Part shown: positions 54,168 to 63,841 of the stretch, in pieces | How positions within the stretch are numbered: the stretch's first letter is position 1 | How the letters are laid out: each line of letters begins with the position of its first letter | Source: an uncultured virus (IMG/VR IMGVR_UViG_2930745263_000001) | Lineage: Duplodnaviria > Heunggongvirae > Uroviricota > Caudoviricetes | Length of the DNA stretch: 64,000 nt | Direction: 5' to 3' (one strand) | IMG/VR virus record: IMGVR_UViG_2930745263_000001 | Translations under genes and position numbers: made by a program | The notes under the pieces: generated by a model | The model's database searches: none | Told to the model about the DNA's origin: nothing | What the model saw: only the letters and a program-made list of their open reading frames with translations

Positions 54168-54997
54168 AAGAAGGCTCCTAGGGCGTTGGGGCGGTCGAAG
54201 TGCGGGAGGAACTCCCTGACACACCGGGCGTGGGCGACGGGATGGGCGAGGGCATCGCCGATGTCGCGGATGGTGCCGTCGGCAGCGTCCGGGTCCCGGT
54301 GGGAGGTCCACCCGCAGCCGGAGCCGTCGCGGACCTGCACCTGGGTGACGCCGAGCTGCTCGTACGCAGTACCTACGGCTCCGGCGTTGGCGGTGGTGAC
54401 GGCCTGCCAGGACAGGGTGGACTCCGCCCACGAGGCGACGGGGTGCCGGGCATCGTTGGCGTAGATGACCGTGTCGAGGGGGTGCTCGGCGCGCAGGGTG
54501 TCCCGGTCGAACTGGGCGACCTCGAAGCGGGAGACGCGGGTTCGGGCGGCGTCCACGGCGGCGCGCATGAAAGCTCGGGCCCGGCGGAGTGCTTCCTGGA
54601 GGCGGCCGGTGAGATCGGCGTAGTACTGGGCGGACAGGGCGGTGACGGCGTTCTGGTGGCGGGTGGTCCAGGACCAAGAGCGGCGGGGCCGGTCGGCCCG
54701 GTCGAGCATCCCGAACGCGCCTTCGCGGTAGGCGAGGGGCAGGTCGGTGGCCGCCCACCGTTCGGTGAACGCGGCAACAGCACGGTCGAAGTCGGCGAGG
54801 CGCTGCTGGAATGCGGTCTGCGCTGCCCGGATCGCAGCAGAGGCGCTGCGGCCGGGCCGGATCCGGTCCAGGGTGTCCAGGAGCGTGTTCTGGGCGCCGG
54901 GAAGGATCCGCCAGGCTGCGGTGAGGCGGCTGGTGGCGTCCCGGATGAAGTCGAGGAGGCGGGCGCGGAGGGTGCGGCGCCGGGTGGGGGTGGTCAT
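54164..54997 (-). CDS. MuF-like / minor capsid head morphogenesis protein
   Basis: DGSGCGWTSH...HPVAHARCVR C-terminal motif. Confidence 0.65.
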   Translation of the reverse strand: MTTPTRRRTLRARLLDFIRDATSRLTAAWRILPGAQNTLLDTLDRIRPGRSASAAIRAAQTAFQQRLADFDRAVAAFTERWAATDLPLAYREGAFGMLDRADRPRRSWSWTTRHQNAVTALSAQYYADLTGRLQEALRRARAFMRAAVDAARTRVSRFEVAQFDRDTLRAEHPLDTVIYANDARHPVASWAESTLSWQAVTTANAGAVGTAYEQLGVTQVQVRDGSGCGWTSHRDPDAADGTIRDIGDALAHPVAHARCVREFLPHFDRPNALGAFL

Positions 54998-55329
54998 CGG
55001 CGGGGCCGCTCGACGAGCTGGATGATCCCAAACCCGTCACCGGTCGAGTCCGGGGTGGGTGCGGGGTCGTCGGGGGCAGGCGGGTCGCCGGCACGGAGAC
55101 GGGCAATGAGTCGCTCAAGGGCCTGGATGTTCGGGCCGAACCCGAGGTTAGTGACGCCGGAGACGCCGATGGTGGAAGGCCGCTCGATCGCGGCGGCAAG
55201 GCGCTCCCCGAGGACTTCAAGAGCGACGGCGCGGGAGGTACCGAGGCGGGTGTAGCGGATCTGCAGGTCGGTCACGTCGGTGGTGGTGCCGAGCTGCGAG
55301 AGCAGCCAGGCTTTCACTGCCTCGTTCAC
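54994..55329 (-). CDS. Head-tail adaptor-like protein
   Basis: GGAGG RBS; position after the capsid genes. Confidence 0.6.
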   Translation of the reverse strand: MNEAVKAWLLSQLGTTTDVTDLQIRYTRLGTSRAVALEVLGERLAAAIERPSTIGVSGVTNLGFGPNIQALERLIARLRAGDPPAPDDPAPTPDSTGDGFGIIQLVERPRR

Positions 55330-55452
55330 GGGTCCTCCGATCTGGGGTGGGAAGGGGGGCGGGATGCGGGCCCTCTGGCGCCCCACCAGGTGGTGGGCCC
55401 GCATCCTGTCGGCCGCCGGTGCCCTCATCGGCGGCCTCCGGCCCCGGGCCGG

Positions 55453-55776
55453 TTAGCTGGCCGCAGTCTTGCTCGCGGCCGTCTTACGGGCCGCGGTCTT
55501 CTTCGCGGCCGGCTTGGTGTCCTCTGAGTCGTCGCCCTCGGACGGTTCAGTGGCGGCGGAGGTGTCCGAGTCGTCGCCAGAGGCGTCGTCCTGGTCGTTT
55601 CCGCGGCCGTGGTCGGTCTTGGGCTTCGGGAGGCGCGGGAGCTTCCCGTCGACCCAGGCGGCCGGGTTCGTCACCAGGACCGCTAGGCGCGGCTCCGGTT
55701 CCTCCCCCGCCCGCAGGATGACCGTGACGTGCCGGTCCGGATCCCTGACGAACACCGTGTTCCTGAGCGTCGCCAT
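55453..55776 (-). CDS. Small capsid-associated protein
   Basis: Directly after the major capsid gene; acidic then basic AAKK tail. Confidence 0.6.
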   Translation of the reverse strand: MATLRNTVFVRDPDRHVTVILRAGEEPEPRLAVLVTNPAAWVDGKLPRLPKPKTDHGRGNDQDDASGDDSDTSAATEPSEGDDSEDTKPAAKKTAARKTAASKTAAS

Positions 55777-55779
55777 GGC

Positions 55780-56829
55780 TCACGCTCCGAGGACGGTCGC
55801 GGAGATGTGAATGTCCGGGACGTACAGGACGGGCATGCCGACTGCGGCACCGCGGGTGTAGATCTGGGGCGGGTCGTCCTCGGCCTTGGTGACGACGACG
55901 ATGCCCGGCGCCTCTTCGCGCGTGAGTGCCGGGTTGGTGCCAGAGGTAAACATCCGGGATTCGCGCGTGGTGCCGTACTGAGTCTGCGCCCACTCGGCGG
56001 CCGGGACGTCCGGCACGAGGATCCACTTGTTGTCGGGGAGGACGCGCACGTACTGGTCGTCGTCCCAGACCTGGACGTCGTAGGTCACGATCGGCGGCAG
56101 GTCGTAGCGGGCTCGGACCGTATTGACGTCTTCCGGGGATAGCGTCGCCGACGGAGTGTTGGAGTTGTTCGAGCCGTAGAACGCATTCCGGTACTCCACG
56201 TTCGCGGAGAGCAGGGAGCGAGCACGTCGGGACGTGATTACCTGCTTCGGGGCGGGAGCTCCCGAGTCCAGCAGGTAGTCGATCCAGGCCCGCTCGTCGG
56301 TCAGCGGGGTGGCAGACGGGTTGTCCCACAGCACGCCGGCGGTAGGCATGTTGTCTGCCGGGACGTTCCAGTTGACGTCCAGGCCGAGGCCGGGAAGTTC
56401 GACGCGGCCGGTCGCCAGCAGCTGGCCAGCGGCGAGTTCCTGCGAGGTCTTGATGGACTCGACGTGTCGGTCGACGTCGTTGTACAGCAGCTCGATGTAC
56501 CGGTCGGTGTCGGAGCCGTGGTCGACGTCCATGAGGATCTGGTCCATCTCGGAGACCGGGAGGGTCTGGCCGAGAGCGGGCAGCATGCCTTCGTTGACGA
56601 TCCGCTCGGCCTGGCGCTTGGCCAGGGCGGTCGGTGCGTCGTACGCCCGGAACTTGGCTGCGTTGACGCGGCGCTTCGAGGAAGTGGTGCGGAACTTGAC
56701 GCCCTGGATGCGGGTCTCCGGAAGGATTTCCCGAGTCAGACGGTAGTTCGCCGGGGTGTCGATCTGGCGGGCGTAGACCGTGAGGTCGGTTGCGCTGGTG
56801 TCGCGCAGGAGGAGCTCAAGAGCCTCCAT
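55780..56829 (-). CDS. Major capsid protein (lambda gpE-like)
   Basis: AKFRAYDAP...ELAAGQLLATG...W.NPSATPLTD...AVGMPVL. Confidence 0.85.
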   Translation of the reverse strand: MEALELLLRDTSATDLTVYARQIDTPANYRLTREILPETRIQGVKFRTTSSKRRVNAAKFRAYDAPTALAKRQAERIVNEGMLPALGQTLPVSEMDQILMDVDHGSDTDRYIELLYNDVDRHVESIKTSQELAAGQLLATGRVELPGLGLDVNWNVPADNMPTAGVLWDNPSATPLTDERAWIDYLLDSGAPAPKQVITSRRARSLLSANVEYRNAFYGSNNSNTPSATLSPEDVNTVRARYDLPPIVTYDVQVWDDDQYVRVLPDNKWILVPDVPAAEWAQTQYGTTRESRMFTSGTNPALTREEAPGIVVVTKAEDDPPQIYTRGAAVGMPVLYVPDIHISATVLGA

Positions 56830-56844
56830 GGTGATCTCCTCCTT

Positions 56845-57597
56845 CTACCGGTAGTGGATGTTGACGCCGGGCGCGGTGCTGGCGACGTCGGTGGGGTCGA
56901 ACGGGATGGGGCACTGGTCCGCGAAGACCTCGCCGTGCCAGAGCAGCGCGCCGGCGGCCTTGGTGGAGCCGGGGTTGAAGCTGATGGCATCGACGAGGAA
57001 GCCCTGGAGGACTTCGGTTCCGTCGGACGCGGATGCGCCGCCGCCTGCAGTGGTGGTGGCCACGGCGACGGCCGGGCTGGTGCCGCCGGTGAGGCTGGCC
57101 CCGGAGGCGGTCATCTGGGAGACGTCGTCGCTCAGATACTGGCCGCCGAACGTGACGACGACGGCGGTGCCCGGGTGCGGGCCGCCGGACACGGCGACGT
57201 CACCGACCTCGACGTTCGACAGGGCCTCCAGCGCGGACTTCACCTGGGCGGAGGTCGCGTTGTAGGGGATGCCGGCGGTGGTCTGCCCGGAGAACGTCAG
57301 CGTGTACGTGCCACCGGTCGGTCCGCCGGTGATGGTGACGGTCTGGACCTCGCTGCGCGGCCCCGAGTAGGGGGCGAACAGGCCGGATGCGGCGACCTTG
57401 CCCAGCGGGATGCCGGACTTCATGACGTTGCGACCCTGAAGCAGCGGGTTCGCCGACACGGTGTAGTGGCTGCCCTGGGTGAACTTGGTCAGGTCGAGGG
57501 TGATGGTGTTGGTGTCCTGGACTCCTACCAGGGACGCGAGCCACGGCCGGTCGGCGGTGACGGTGTCCGTGTAGGAGTAGGGCTGGAAGTCGTTCAC
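56845..57597 (-). CDS. Head decoration protein with inserted beta-rich domain
   Basis: KSGIPLGKV...GLFAPY...SDGTEVLQGFL...LLWHGEV, interrupted by an insert of about 105 aa. Confidence 0.8.
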   Translation of the reverse strand: MNDFQPYSYTDTVTADRPWLASLVGVQDTNTITLDLTKFTQGSHYTVSANPLLQGRNVMKSGIPLGKVAASGLFAPYSGPRSEVQTVTITGGPTGGTYTLTFSGQTTAGIPYNATSAQVKSALEALSNVEVGDVAVSGGPHPGTAVVVTFGGQYLSDDVSQMTASGASLTGGTSPAVAVATTTAGGGASASDGTEVLQGFLVDAISFNPGSTKAAGALLWHGEVFADQCPIPFDPTDVASTAPGVNIHYR

Positions 57598-57703
57598 GAC
57601 TGCCTCTCCTCATGAAAGCGATATGACGGGCAACGGCACTGGGTGCGCGTCCACGAGGAGGAGGGCGTGGTCCCAACCCCGGCCGTGGCCGGGAAGTCTG
57701 TGG

Positions 57704-58474
57704 TCAGGCGGCGGGCTTGTGGCCTCGGAGGCGGGCCATTTCACGGCCGCGGTCTCCGGGCTTGCCGGTGGGGGCCTGCCGTGCGGGGGGTCCGCCTGCG
57801 GGTGCACCGCCGGGGGCCGGGGGGAGCTGCTGGGGGGCCGGGTCTGTCTGGGTTCGGATGCCGAAGAGTTCCGGGCGGCGGGTTTTCAGCGCTTCGGCGG
57901 CCGCGGTGACGTCGTCGTCGGTGGCGTCGTTCTCCACGCGCAGGAGGGCGGTAGCGTCGTCAAGGTCGGTGCCGGTGGCCCCCAGCCCTACGAGGATGGC
58001 TCGGCGGGTGGCGACGCGTTCACGGGCGGCGGCCAAGGTCTCCTTCTCGGCGAGCTTGCGCTCTCGCTCTTCGAGTTCCTGGGCGCGGCGTTCCGTCTCG
58101 GACAGCTGTGCCTGCTCGGCCTTCTTCTTGTCCTCGATGTACTGGCGCAGGGTGTTGACGTCGTCGAACCCGAGGTCTGCGGCAAGGCGCTGGGTGCCGT
58201 TGCGGCGCCCGGAGTCCTTCTCTGCGGTGAGCTTCTGCTCGAGCCAGTCGGAGCGGACGATCAGTTCACCGTCGGCGGGGCCGGGGCGGGTGGCTGGGGC
58301 CTTGGGCTTGGGAGTGCTTGCCTGGTCGCCGCCTGCCGGTGCTGTGCTGGCGTCGCCGGACGGGGGGTCACCGCCGTCGTTGTAGAAGACGCTGTGGCTG
58401 GTGATGCCGGCGTAGGGGTGCACCCACGCCGACTGGGCGGCGGGGATGCTGTGGTGCTGCGTGGGGCGACGCAT
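57704..58474 (-). CDS. Scaffolding protein
   Basis: AQLSETER coiled coil, LKTRRPELFG; between portal and decoration genes. Confidence 0.8.
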   Translation of the reverse strand: MRRPTQHHSIPAAQSAWVHPYAGITSHSVFYNDGGDPPSGDASTAPAGGDQASTPKPKAPATRPGPADGELIVRSDWLEQKLTAEKDSGRRNGTQRLAADLGFDDVNTLRQYIEDKKKAEQAQLSETERRAQELEERERKLAEKETLAAARERVATRRAILVGLGATGTDLDDATALLRVENDATDDDVTAAAEALKTRRPELFGIRTQTDPAPQQLPPAPGGAPAGGPPARQAPTGKPGDRGREMARLRGHKPAA

Positions 58475-58500
58475 GAGCGCAAGTCCTCCCGAACTTGTTC

Positions 58501-58513
58501 CAGGCCCCGCGCC
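58501..58513 (-). promoter_or_regulatory. Late-leader motif GGCGCGGGGCCTG, copy upstream of scaffold
   Basis: Exact copies at 60468-60480 and 62996-63008. Confidence 0.65.
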
Positions 58514-58539
58514 TTGATCCAAGGAAAGCATGGGTTTGG

Positions 58540-60450
58540 TCATTCGTTGCCCCCGGTCCCCTGCCGCCCCTGTGCGGGCAAGTCTTCGTCGTCCTCTCCT
58601 TCTTCGTCGGCGACGGGGGCCGGGGGGAGGTTCGGGGTGGGTGCCGTCGCGGTCTCGTCGGGGGCTTCCAGGCCGAGGAAGTCGGCGACCGCGTCCGGGT
58701 TGCCGAGGGCGTCGGCGAGGAATCGGGCCTTTTCGAACTGGCGGGACTGGATCTGTGCGATTTCCGCTTCGACGTCGTGGATGGGGAACCCGGCGTCGGT
58801 GAGCATCCGCACCCCCGTCTCCAGGGACAGGACGCCCTTCTCTACCCCGTTGGAGACCTGGTCGAGGACTGCGGCCTTGTCGGTGGGGGTGTACGGGCCG
58901 CGGACGAGGAGGGCGTCCTGCGGGGTGACGCCTGCCCAGTCGGGGTGCTGGCCTGCCATGTTCAGGCGCTGGGCGAACTTCAGGATGAGGCTTTCCTTGT
59001 GCTCGCGGGCCAGGCGCATGCTGCCGATGAGGGAGTCCAGTGGGCCGAGGCTGATCTGCATGGCGAACCCGGACGGTACTTCGGACGGGGAGAGGGTGCC
59101 GAGGGATACGGCGGGCAGCCGCACGATGGTCGACGCCCGGTCCTTGAGGTCGGCGACGTGGTTGCGGAGCTCGGCCAGGGCGCTGGACGTGTCGACAGCG
59201 GTGAGCTTTCCGTTCTCCCCCAGCTTGAAGACCATGCCGGGGCTCGCGGCGAGTTCCTGCCGTGGGTCGGTGACTCCGGACACGGCGAGCATCGGCAGGC
59301 CTGTGGTTGCTGAGGCGCGTGCGGAGTCGGTGTCGGACCCGGCGAGCTCGTCGAAGACCTGCAGGGCCTTCGCGAGGGACGACTGCCCCCAGTGCTCCTC
59401 TGCTGGCGGCACCGTGTTGGGGACGTGGATGACCGGGATGAAGTCGATGAGGAGGTCGAGGTGGTCGAGGACTTCGCCGTCGGACCGGGTTGCGTAGGTG
59501 GCGATGTCCAGGGGCAGCGAGTCGACGTCGATGTTGCCCTTGAGGTCGCCGATGACCCAGGTGGCATCGGTGAGGTAGCACGTGAAGTAGGACGGTTCGT
59601 CGTTCCAGGCGTACTGGCGGGCGATGGCCCCGGAGGTGGGCTCGATGAGGTCGCCGGGGGTCAGGGCGGGTCCTGGGGGGTCGGTGGTGTCGTCGGCGTC
59701 TGCAGCGGGTTCCGGGGCTGGCGGGAAGGCGCGCACGGCACGGGTGCCGGTCTCGTCGACCCCGGTAACGGTCAGGGGCCGGATCCAGTCCAGCTCGTAG
59801 GTGATGCGCCGCAGCCGGGCCTCAAGTCCGCGCTTCGGGTCGGCAGGGAGCTCCCAGGCGAAGTGGACGCGCCGCGGGTACTCGCCGCCGTCGTCGTCCT
59901 CGCCGATGACGGGGAAGTAGAACCCGGGGTCGGTGACGCGCAGGGTCGGCCGGCGCTTCGCCGGGTCCCACGCCATGCGGTACACGCCGTCTCCGAGGGC
60001 GACGGTCTTGCGTTCGCACTGCTGGAGCCTCATGGGCAGGAGTTCGGCCTTGGCCCAGTCTCGCAGGAGGTCCTGGACGCGTTCCGCCATGGCGACCGAC
60101 GCTGCTCCGTTTTCGCCCGCGGCGGTCTGTTCGGCGCCGGGAACCACGATCTTCTGTTCGCGGCCCAGGACGTTCGCGACGAGCGTGTCGATGAACATGC
60201 TGGGGTCGCCGAACTCGCGCCGGTCACGCGCGCTGGCCCCGTCGACGACTTCGGCGATCTCGGCGGCTTGGTTGTGGTCGTAGGCGGACAGCAGCTTGTA
60301 CGCGGCGAGGCGCCGCTCGTCCTCTGCGGGGACCCACATAGCCTGAGCTTCGGGGAACGCCCTGCGGTTGGGCATGCCCATCGCATCGGAGTAGACGGGC
60401 TTGTAGTTCAGCCAGCTCCACGCGTGGATGGCGATCTGCCTGAGACCCAC
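58540..60450 (-). CDS. Portal protein
   Basis: After terL; LGDGVY, FIPVIHVPN...WGQSS, SGFAMQISLGPL. Confidence 0.88.
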   Translation of the reverse strand: MGLRQIAIHAWSWLNYKPVYSDAMGMPNRRAFPEAQAMWVPAEDERRLAAYKLLSAYDHNQAAEIAEVVDGASARDRREFGDPSMFIDTLVANVLGREQKIVVPGAEQTAAGENGAASVAMAERVQDLLRDWAKAELLPMRLQQCERKTVALGDGVYRMAWDPAKRRPTLRVTDPGFYFPVIGEDDDGGEYPRRVHFAWELPADPKRGLEARLRRITYELDWIRPLTVTGVDETGTRAVRAFPPAPEPAADADDTTDPPGPALTPGDLIEPTSGAIARQYAWNDEPSYFTCYLTDATWVIGDLKGNIDVDSLPLDIATYATRSDGEVLDHLDLLIDFIPVIHVPNTVPPAEEHWGQSSLAKALQVFDELAGSDTDSARASATTGLPMLAVSGVTDPRQELAASPGMVFKLGENGKLTAVDTSSALAELRNHVADLKDRASTIVRLPAVSLGTLSPSEVPSGFAMQISLGPLDSLIGSMRLAREHKESLILKFAQRLNMAGQHPDWAGVTPQDALLVRGPYTPTDKAAVLDQVSNGVEKGVLSLETGVRMLTDAGFPIHDVEAEIAQIQSRQFEKARFLADALGNPDAVADFLGLEAPDETATAPTPNLPPAPVADEEGEDDEDLPAQGRQGTGGNE

Positions 60451-60467
60451 CAGATACCCCTCTGTGC

Positions 60468-60499
60468 CAGGCCCCGCGCCATGTGATCAGCGTACGGGC
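60468..60499 (-). promoter_or_regulatory. Late promoter/leader: CCCGTACGCTGATC plus GGCGCGGGGCCTG
   Basis: The 14-mer is shared with 39744-39757; the 13-mer is shared with 58501 and 62996. Confidence 0.6.
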
Positions 60500-60523
60500 G
60501 ATCGGGCCAGGTGATGCCCCCGG

Positions 60524-62056
60524 TCAGCGGCGGCCTGACAGGCGCTGGTCGGTGTACGAGGCGCTTCCCACGGATGCGGCGGCCGGGTCAGCAAGCTCGG
60601 TGAGCAGGTGCACGGCAGCGTCCATGCGGTCCGGTGAGTCCATGCCGGGAATCCACGAGACGTACTGGACCTCGAGCCCAGGGAACTCCCCGACGTGGTG
60701 AACATGACCGTTCTCGTAGAGCTGGGCAACAGGCTCGGCGCGCAGCCGTTTACCGACCTTGGCCGTGACCTCGATGATGCGCGGCATGAGCATGCCGCCG
60801 GTGAGGCCCTCGCGCTGAAGCTCCGCCCATGCCTGCCGGAGAATCTGGGCGGCCATGTCGCCGCCGAAGTTTGCTTCAACGACGAACGCGTCGGCGTGCA
60901 GTTCGATAGCGAGGAGGCAGGCGGCGCGCCCCCACTCGGCTGCGCCCATCTTCATGGACTTGTCGGCGAGCAGGTACATCTCGCCGGCGGCATCGCGTCC
61001 GCCACCGATAAGGCCGACTTCATCGCTGTCTTCGCGTCCGCCGGCCGTGTCGATGGCGACGAGGGTGCGGGTGAGGTCAACGCCCCGGAAGGCTGCGGCG
61101 CTGATGCGGTTCTCGGTGATCCACGGCCACTTCCAGACTCCTCCTTCCAGGGGTCTGGGTTCCTGCTGATAGAGGGCCCACCAGCCTCGTTCGCCGACGT
61201 CCTTCTTGAAGCGGTCGAGGTGCTTGCGGTGAAAGCGTTCGGGCCAGAGGGGTTCGCCGACACTCCTGCCGAGCGGGTCGCCTTCGGTCATGGCGATGGC
61301 GGGGAGGTTGAGGACGGTCCAGTTCTCGGCGCCGCTTTGCAGGATGCGCCCGGCCAGGTCGTTCTCTGACCAGCGGGTTTGGATGACGATGATGGAGCCG
61401 TTGGGTTCCATGCGGGTGTTGATGACTTGCTGCCACCAGTCCCAGAGGGTGGCGAGCTTGACGGGGCTGTCGGCGTCCTTGGCGTCTTTCAGAGGGTCAT
61501 CGACAATTGCGACGTTTGCTCCCATCCCGGTAAGCGAACCTCCGACGCCCGCAGTGACGAGCCCGCCTTCGGTGCCTTCCAGGTCGAAGCGGTTAGCGGC
61601 TTGGGAGCCGTAGCGAAGATTGATGCCGATCGTGTCGCCGTGCGCCCGGATGCTGTCCCTGATCCACCGACCGTGGCCTTCGGCGAGCTTCGCCGCGTAC
61701 GAGGCGATCATGATGCGGTGGTCGGGATGACGAGACAGATACCACAGGGGGGCCCACCGGGCCGCCCGAGCCGACTTCCCATGACGAGGAGGCATGTTCA
61801 GCAGGACACGCATGCGTTCACCGTTGGCGATGCGGACAAACGCCTGGTCAATGAGGTCAAGGTGTCGGGCTTGCCATTCCCTACCCCCAGTGAGCGCTGC
61901 TGCCATGGCCCCTGGGGAGCGTTCGATGGCCATCTGCTGCTCGGCCCATGCCAGGGCGGCCCGGGTCTCCTTGTCGGCGAGGCGGGTGATGGTGGCGCGC
62001 TGGTCGGGCGGCAGGGTGCGGTAGACCGCTACCTGCTGCTCAAGGGCTGTGGTCAC
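60524..62056 (-). CDS. terL: Terminase large subunit
   Basis: MPPRHGKS Walker A, AIVDDP Walker B, QTRW, ALYQQEP, VAIDTA, SPDRMDA nuclease motifs. Confidence 0.95.
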   Translation of the reverse strand: MTTALEQQVAVYRTLPPDQRATITRLADKETRAALAWAEQQMAIERSPGAMAAALTGGREWQARHLDLIDQAFVRIANGERMRVLLNMPPRHGKSARAARWAPLWYLSRHPDHRIMIASYAAKLAEGHGRWIRDSIRAHGDTIGINLRYGSQAANRFDLEGTEGGLVTAGVGGSLTGMGANVAIVDDPLKDAKDADSPVKLATLWDWWQQVINTRMEPNGSIIVIQTRWSENDLAGRILQSGAENWTVLNLPAIAMTEGDPLGRSVGEPLWPERFHRKHLDRFKKDVGERGWWALYQQEPRPLEGGVWKWPWITENRISAAAFRGVDLTRTLVAIDTAGGREDSDEVGLIGGGRDAAGEMYLLADKSMKMGAAEWGRAACLLAIELHADAFVVEANFGGDMAAQILRQAWAELQREGLTGGMLMPRIIEVTAKVGKRLRAEPVAQLYENGHVHHVGEFPGLEVQYVSWIPGMDSPDRMDAAVHLLTELADPAAASVGSASYTDQRLSGRR

Positions 62057-62325
62057 CCGGATGCCGCTTCCCGGATGAGCCACTGCTCGTAGTAGGCAAG
62101 GGCGAACTGGTCCGCGGTGCCGCCTGGCACGCTTCCACCGAGCAGGATGCCAAGGGCGCCGCGTAGTCCGATGACCTCGCCACGCACGTGCTCGGCCACG
62201 GAGGTGGATGGTCCGGAATCGTCTCGGCCGACAGCAGCGAACGCATTGGTGGCAACCAGATCGTAGAGACGAGTAGTGCGGCGGTGGAGTTCCTTCGCGA
62301 TGGCGTCGGCCTGCTCGGTACTCAC
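62053..62325 (-). CDS. Small hypothetical protein between terS and terL
   Basis: GTGA overlaps on both sides. Confidence 0.5.
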   Translation of the reverse strand: MSTEQADAIAKELHRRTTRLYDLVATNAFAAVGRDDSGPSTSVAEHVRGEVIGLRGALGILLGGSVPGGTADQFALAYYEQWLIREAASG

Positions 62326-62957
62326 TCCGTGTCCTCGTCTTCGTCGTCGGCTGGGGTGGACGTGGCGGTGTTGGACGGGGCGTCGCTGTCGAGCCGGCTG
62401 GTGGCGGCGATGATCGCGGCGAGCTTGTCGGGGTCTGCCGTCGATACGGCGAGCGGGCCTCCTTCGGCGCCGGTGACCTCGGCTTTGACGGGCATGTCGA
62501 GCCCGTTGAGCTTGGCCCGGCGTTCGCCGTTTCGCCGCCGAGCTTCGTCGATCTTGACGAGGCGGTCGATGGCTTGGAGAACGGGGGCGTCGTCTTCCAT
62601 GGGCTCGTTGGTATCGGGGTGGAGGATGACGCGGCCGTTGTTGACGAGGATGTGCCGGTTCGTGAGGACGTTGCGGGCAGCAGCTTCGAGACTTACGAGG
62701 CGTTCCAGTTCGGCGTCGAGGCGTTCGTTTTCCTGCTGCCGGTACACGGACGCTTCGGCTTTCTCGGCGTCGCGGGCTTCTTCGAGGGCGCGGATGAGGT
62801 CTTTGGAGGCGCCTTGGACGCTGGAGTAGCCGAGGCAGGTGGGGGATTCGGGGCCGGTGATGCGGGGGTCGTCGTAGCGGACGCCTTCGCGGCGGTAGGC
62901 GATGAGCTTGGCGCGCCGGTTGCTGATGGCGGCTTGCGCGGCTTTGGAGGTTGGCAT
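62322..62957 (-). CDS. terS: Terminase small subunit
   Basis: N-terminal HTH-like region; AIDRLVKI...RRAKLNGLDMPVK.EVTG..GGPL. Confidence 0.8.
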   Translation of the reverse strand: MPTSKAAQAAISNRRAKLIAYRREGVRYDDPRITGPESPTCLGYSSVQGASKDLIRALEEARDAEKAEASVYRQQENERLDAELERLVSLEAAARNVLTNRHILVNNGRVILHPDTNEPMEDDAPVLQAIDRLVKIDEARRRNGERRAKLNGLDMPVKAEVTGAEGGPLAVSTADPDKLAAIIAATSRLDSDAPSNTATSTPADDEDEDTE

Positions 62958-62995
62958 GGCGGTGGGGCTCCCGCATGTGTCGTTGTTGTTCTGGT

Positions 62996-63008
62996 CAGGC
63001 CCCGCGCC
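62996..63008 (-). promoter_or_regulatory. Late-leader motif GGCGCGGGGCCTG, copy upstream of terS
   Basis: Exact repeat of the 13-mer. Confidence 0.65.
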
Positions 63009-63077
63009 TGTTACTGATGATCCCCGATGTGCGGCTTTTCCTTCCCCCTGCCTGGTGCGGGTGGGATCCTGCGCCCC

Positions 63078-63788
63078 ATGAGAGCGATGCGTGGGGCGGG
63101 GTGTGCGGTGTCTGGTCTGGCCGCTGTGGTGCTGGTGTCGGGGTGCGGTGGCGGTGAGGGCGGGGATGCGGGGGCGAAGGCGTCCTCAAGCCCGACGGTG
63201 TCTGTGTCGCCGACTCCGGATCCTGTGCCGACGGTGGAGGAGCCGGTGTATCCGGCCGGCCCGGAGGGTGACATCGACCGGTTGGCGGATGAGAAGGGCT
63301 GGGCTGTCGATGAGTTGTACTCGTCGGCGTCGGAGTTCGTGGCGGACATCTGCGAGTCGTTGCCGGAGAGTGCGGTGGAGGGGGCGTCGCGGCCGCAGTG
63401 GTTGGCGGAGTCGGGGAATCTCGACGGGGCGGGGGCGGACATTCTGAAGGTCGGTGTTCCGAAGCTGTGCCCGAAGTGGACGAAGACTTTGAACCAGGCG
63501 GTGTCCGGGGACTATGAGCGCTGGTTCGGGAACGGGACGTATGTGGTGTCGTCGAAGCCGCCGACTGACGAGCAGTTGGCGGAGGACGAGGACACGGTGA
63601 CGATCCCGCCGGGTACGTACCGGGCGAAGGGCAGCATGGAGGACTGTTACTGGGAGCGGACGTCGGAGTCGGGGGAGATCATCGACAACAATTTCGCGAC
63701 GTCGGCCAGGGTGATCACGGTGACGATCGCGGCGTCGGACGGTCAGTTCACGTCGGAGGGCTGCGAGGTGTGGAAGCCGGCGGGGTAG
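63078..63788 (+). CDS. Lipoprotein
   Basis: Lipobox VLVSGC; FGNGTYVV...PGTYR...CYWER...IIDNNF...GC..W domain. Confidence 0.8.
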   Translation: MRAMRGAGCAVSGLAAVVLVSGCGGGEGGDAGAKASSSPTVSVSPTPDPVPTVEEPVYPAGPEGDIDRLADEKGWAVDELYSSASEFVADICESLPESAVEGASRPQWLAESGNLDGAGADILKVGVPKLCPKWTKTLNQAVSGDYERWFGNGTYVVSSKPPTDEQLAEDEDTVTIPPGTYRAKGSMEDCYWERTSESGEIIDNNFATSARVITVTIAASDGQFTSEGCEVWKPAG

Positions 63789-63804
63789 CAGGTGCTGACA
63801 TGCG

Positions 63805-63841
63805 GAAGGCCCCGGCCGGGGGGATTGCGGTCGGGGCCTTC
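63805..63841 (+). terminator. Terminator hairpin
   Basis: GAAGGCCCCG...CGGGGCCTTC. Confidence 0.65.
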
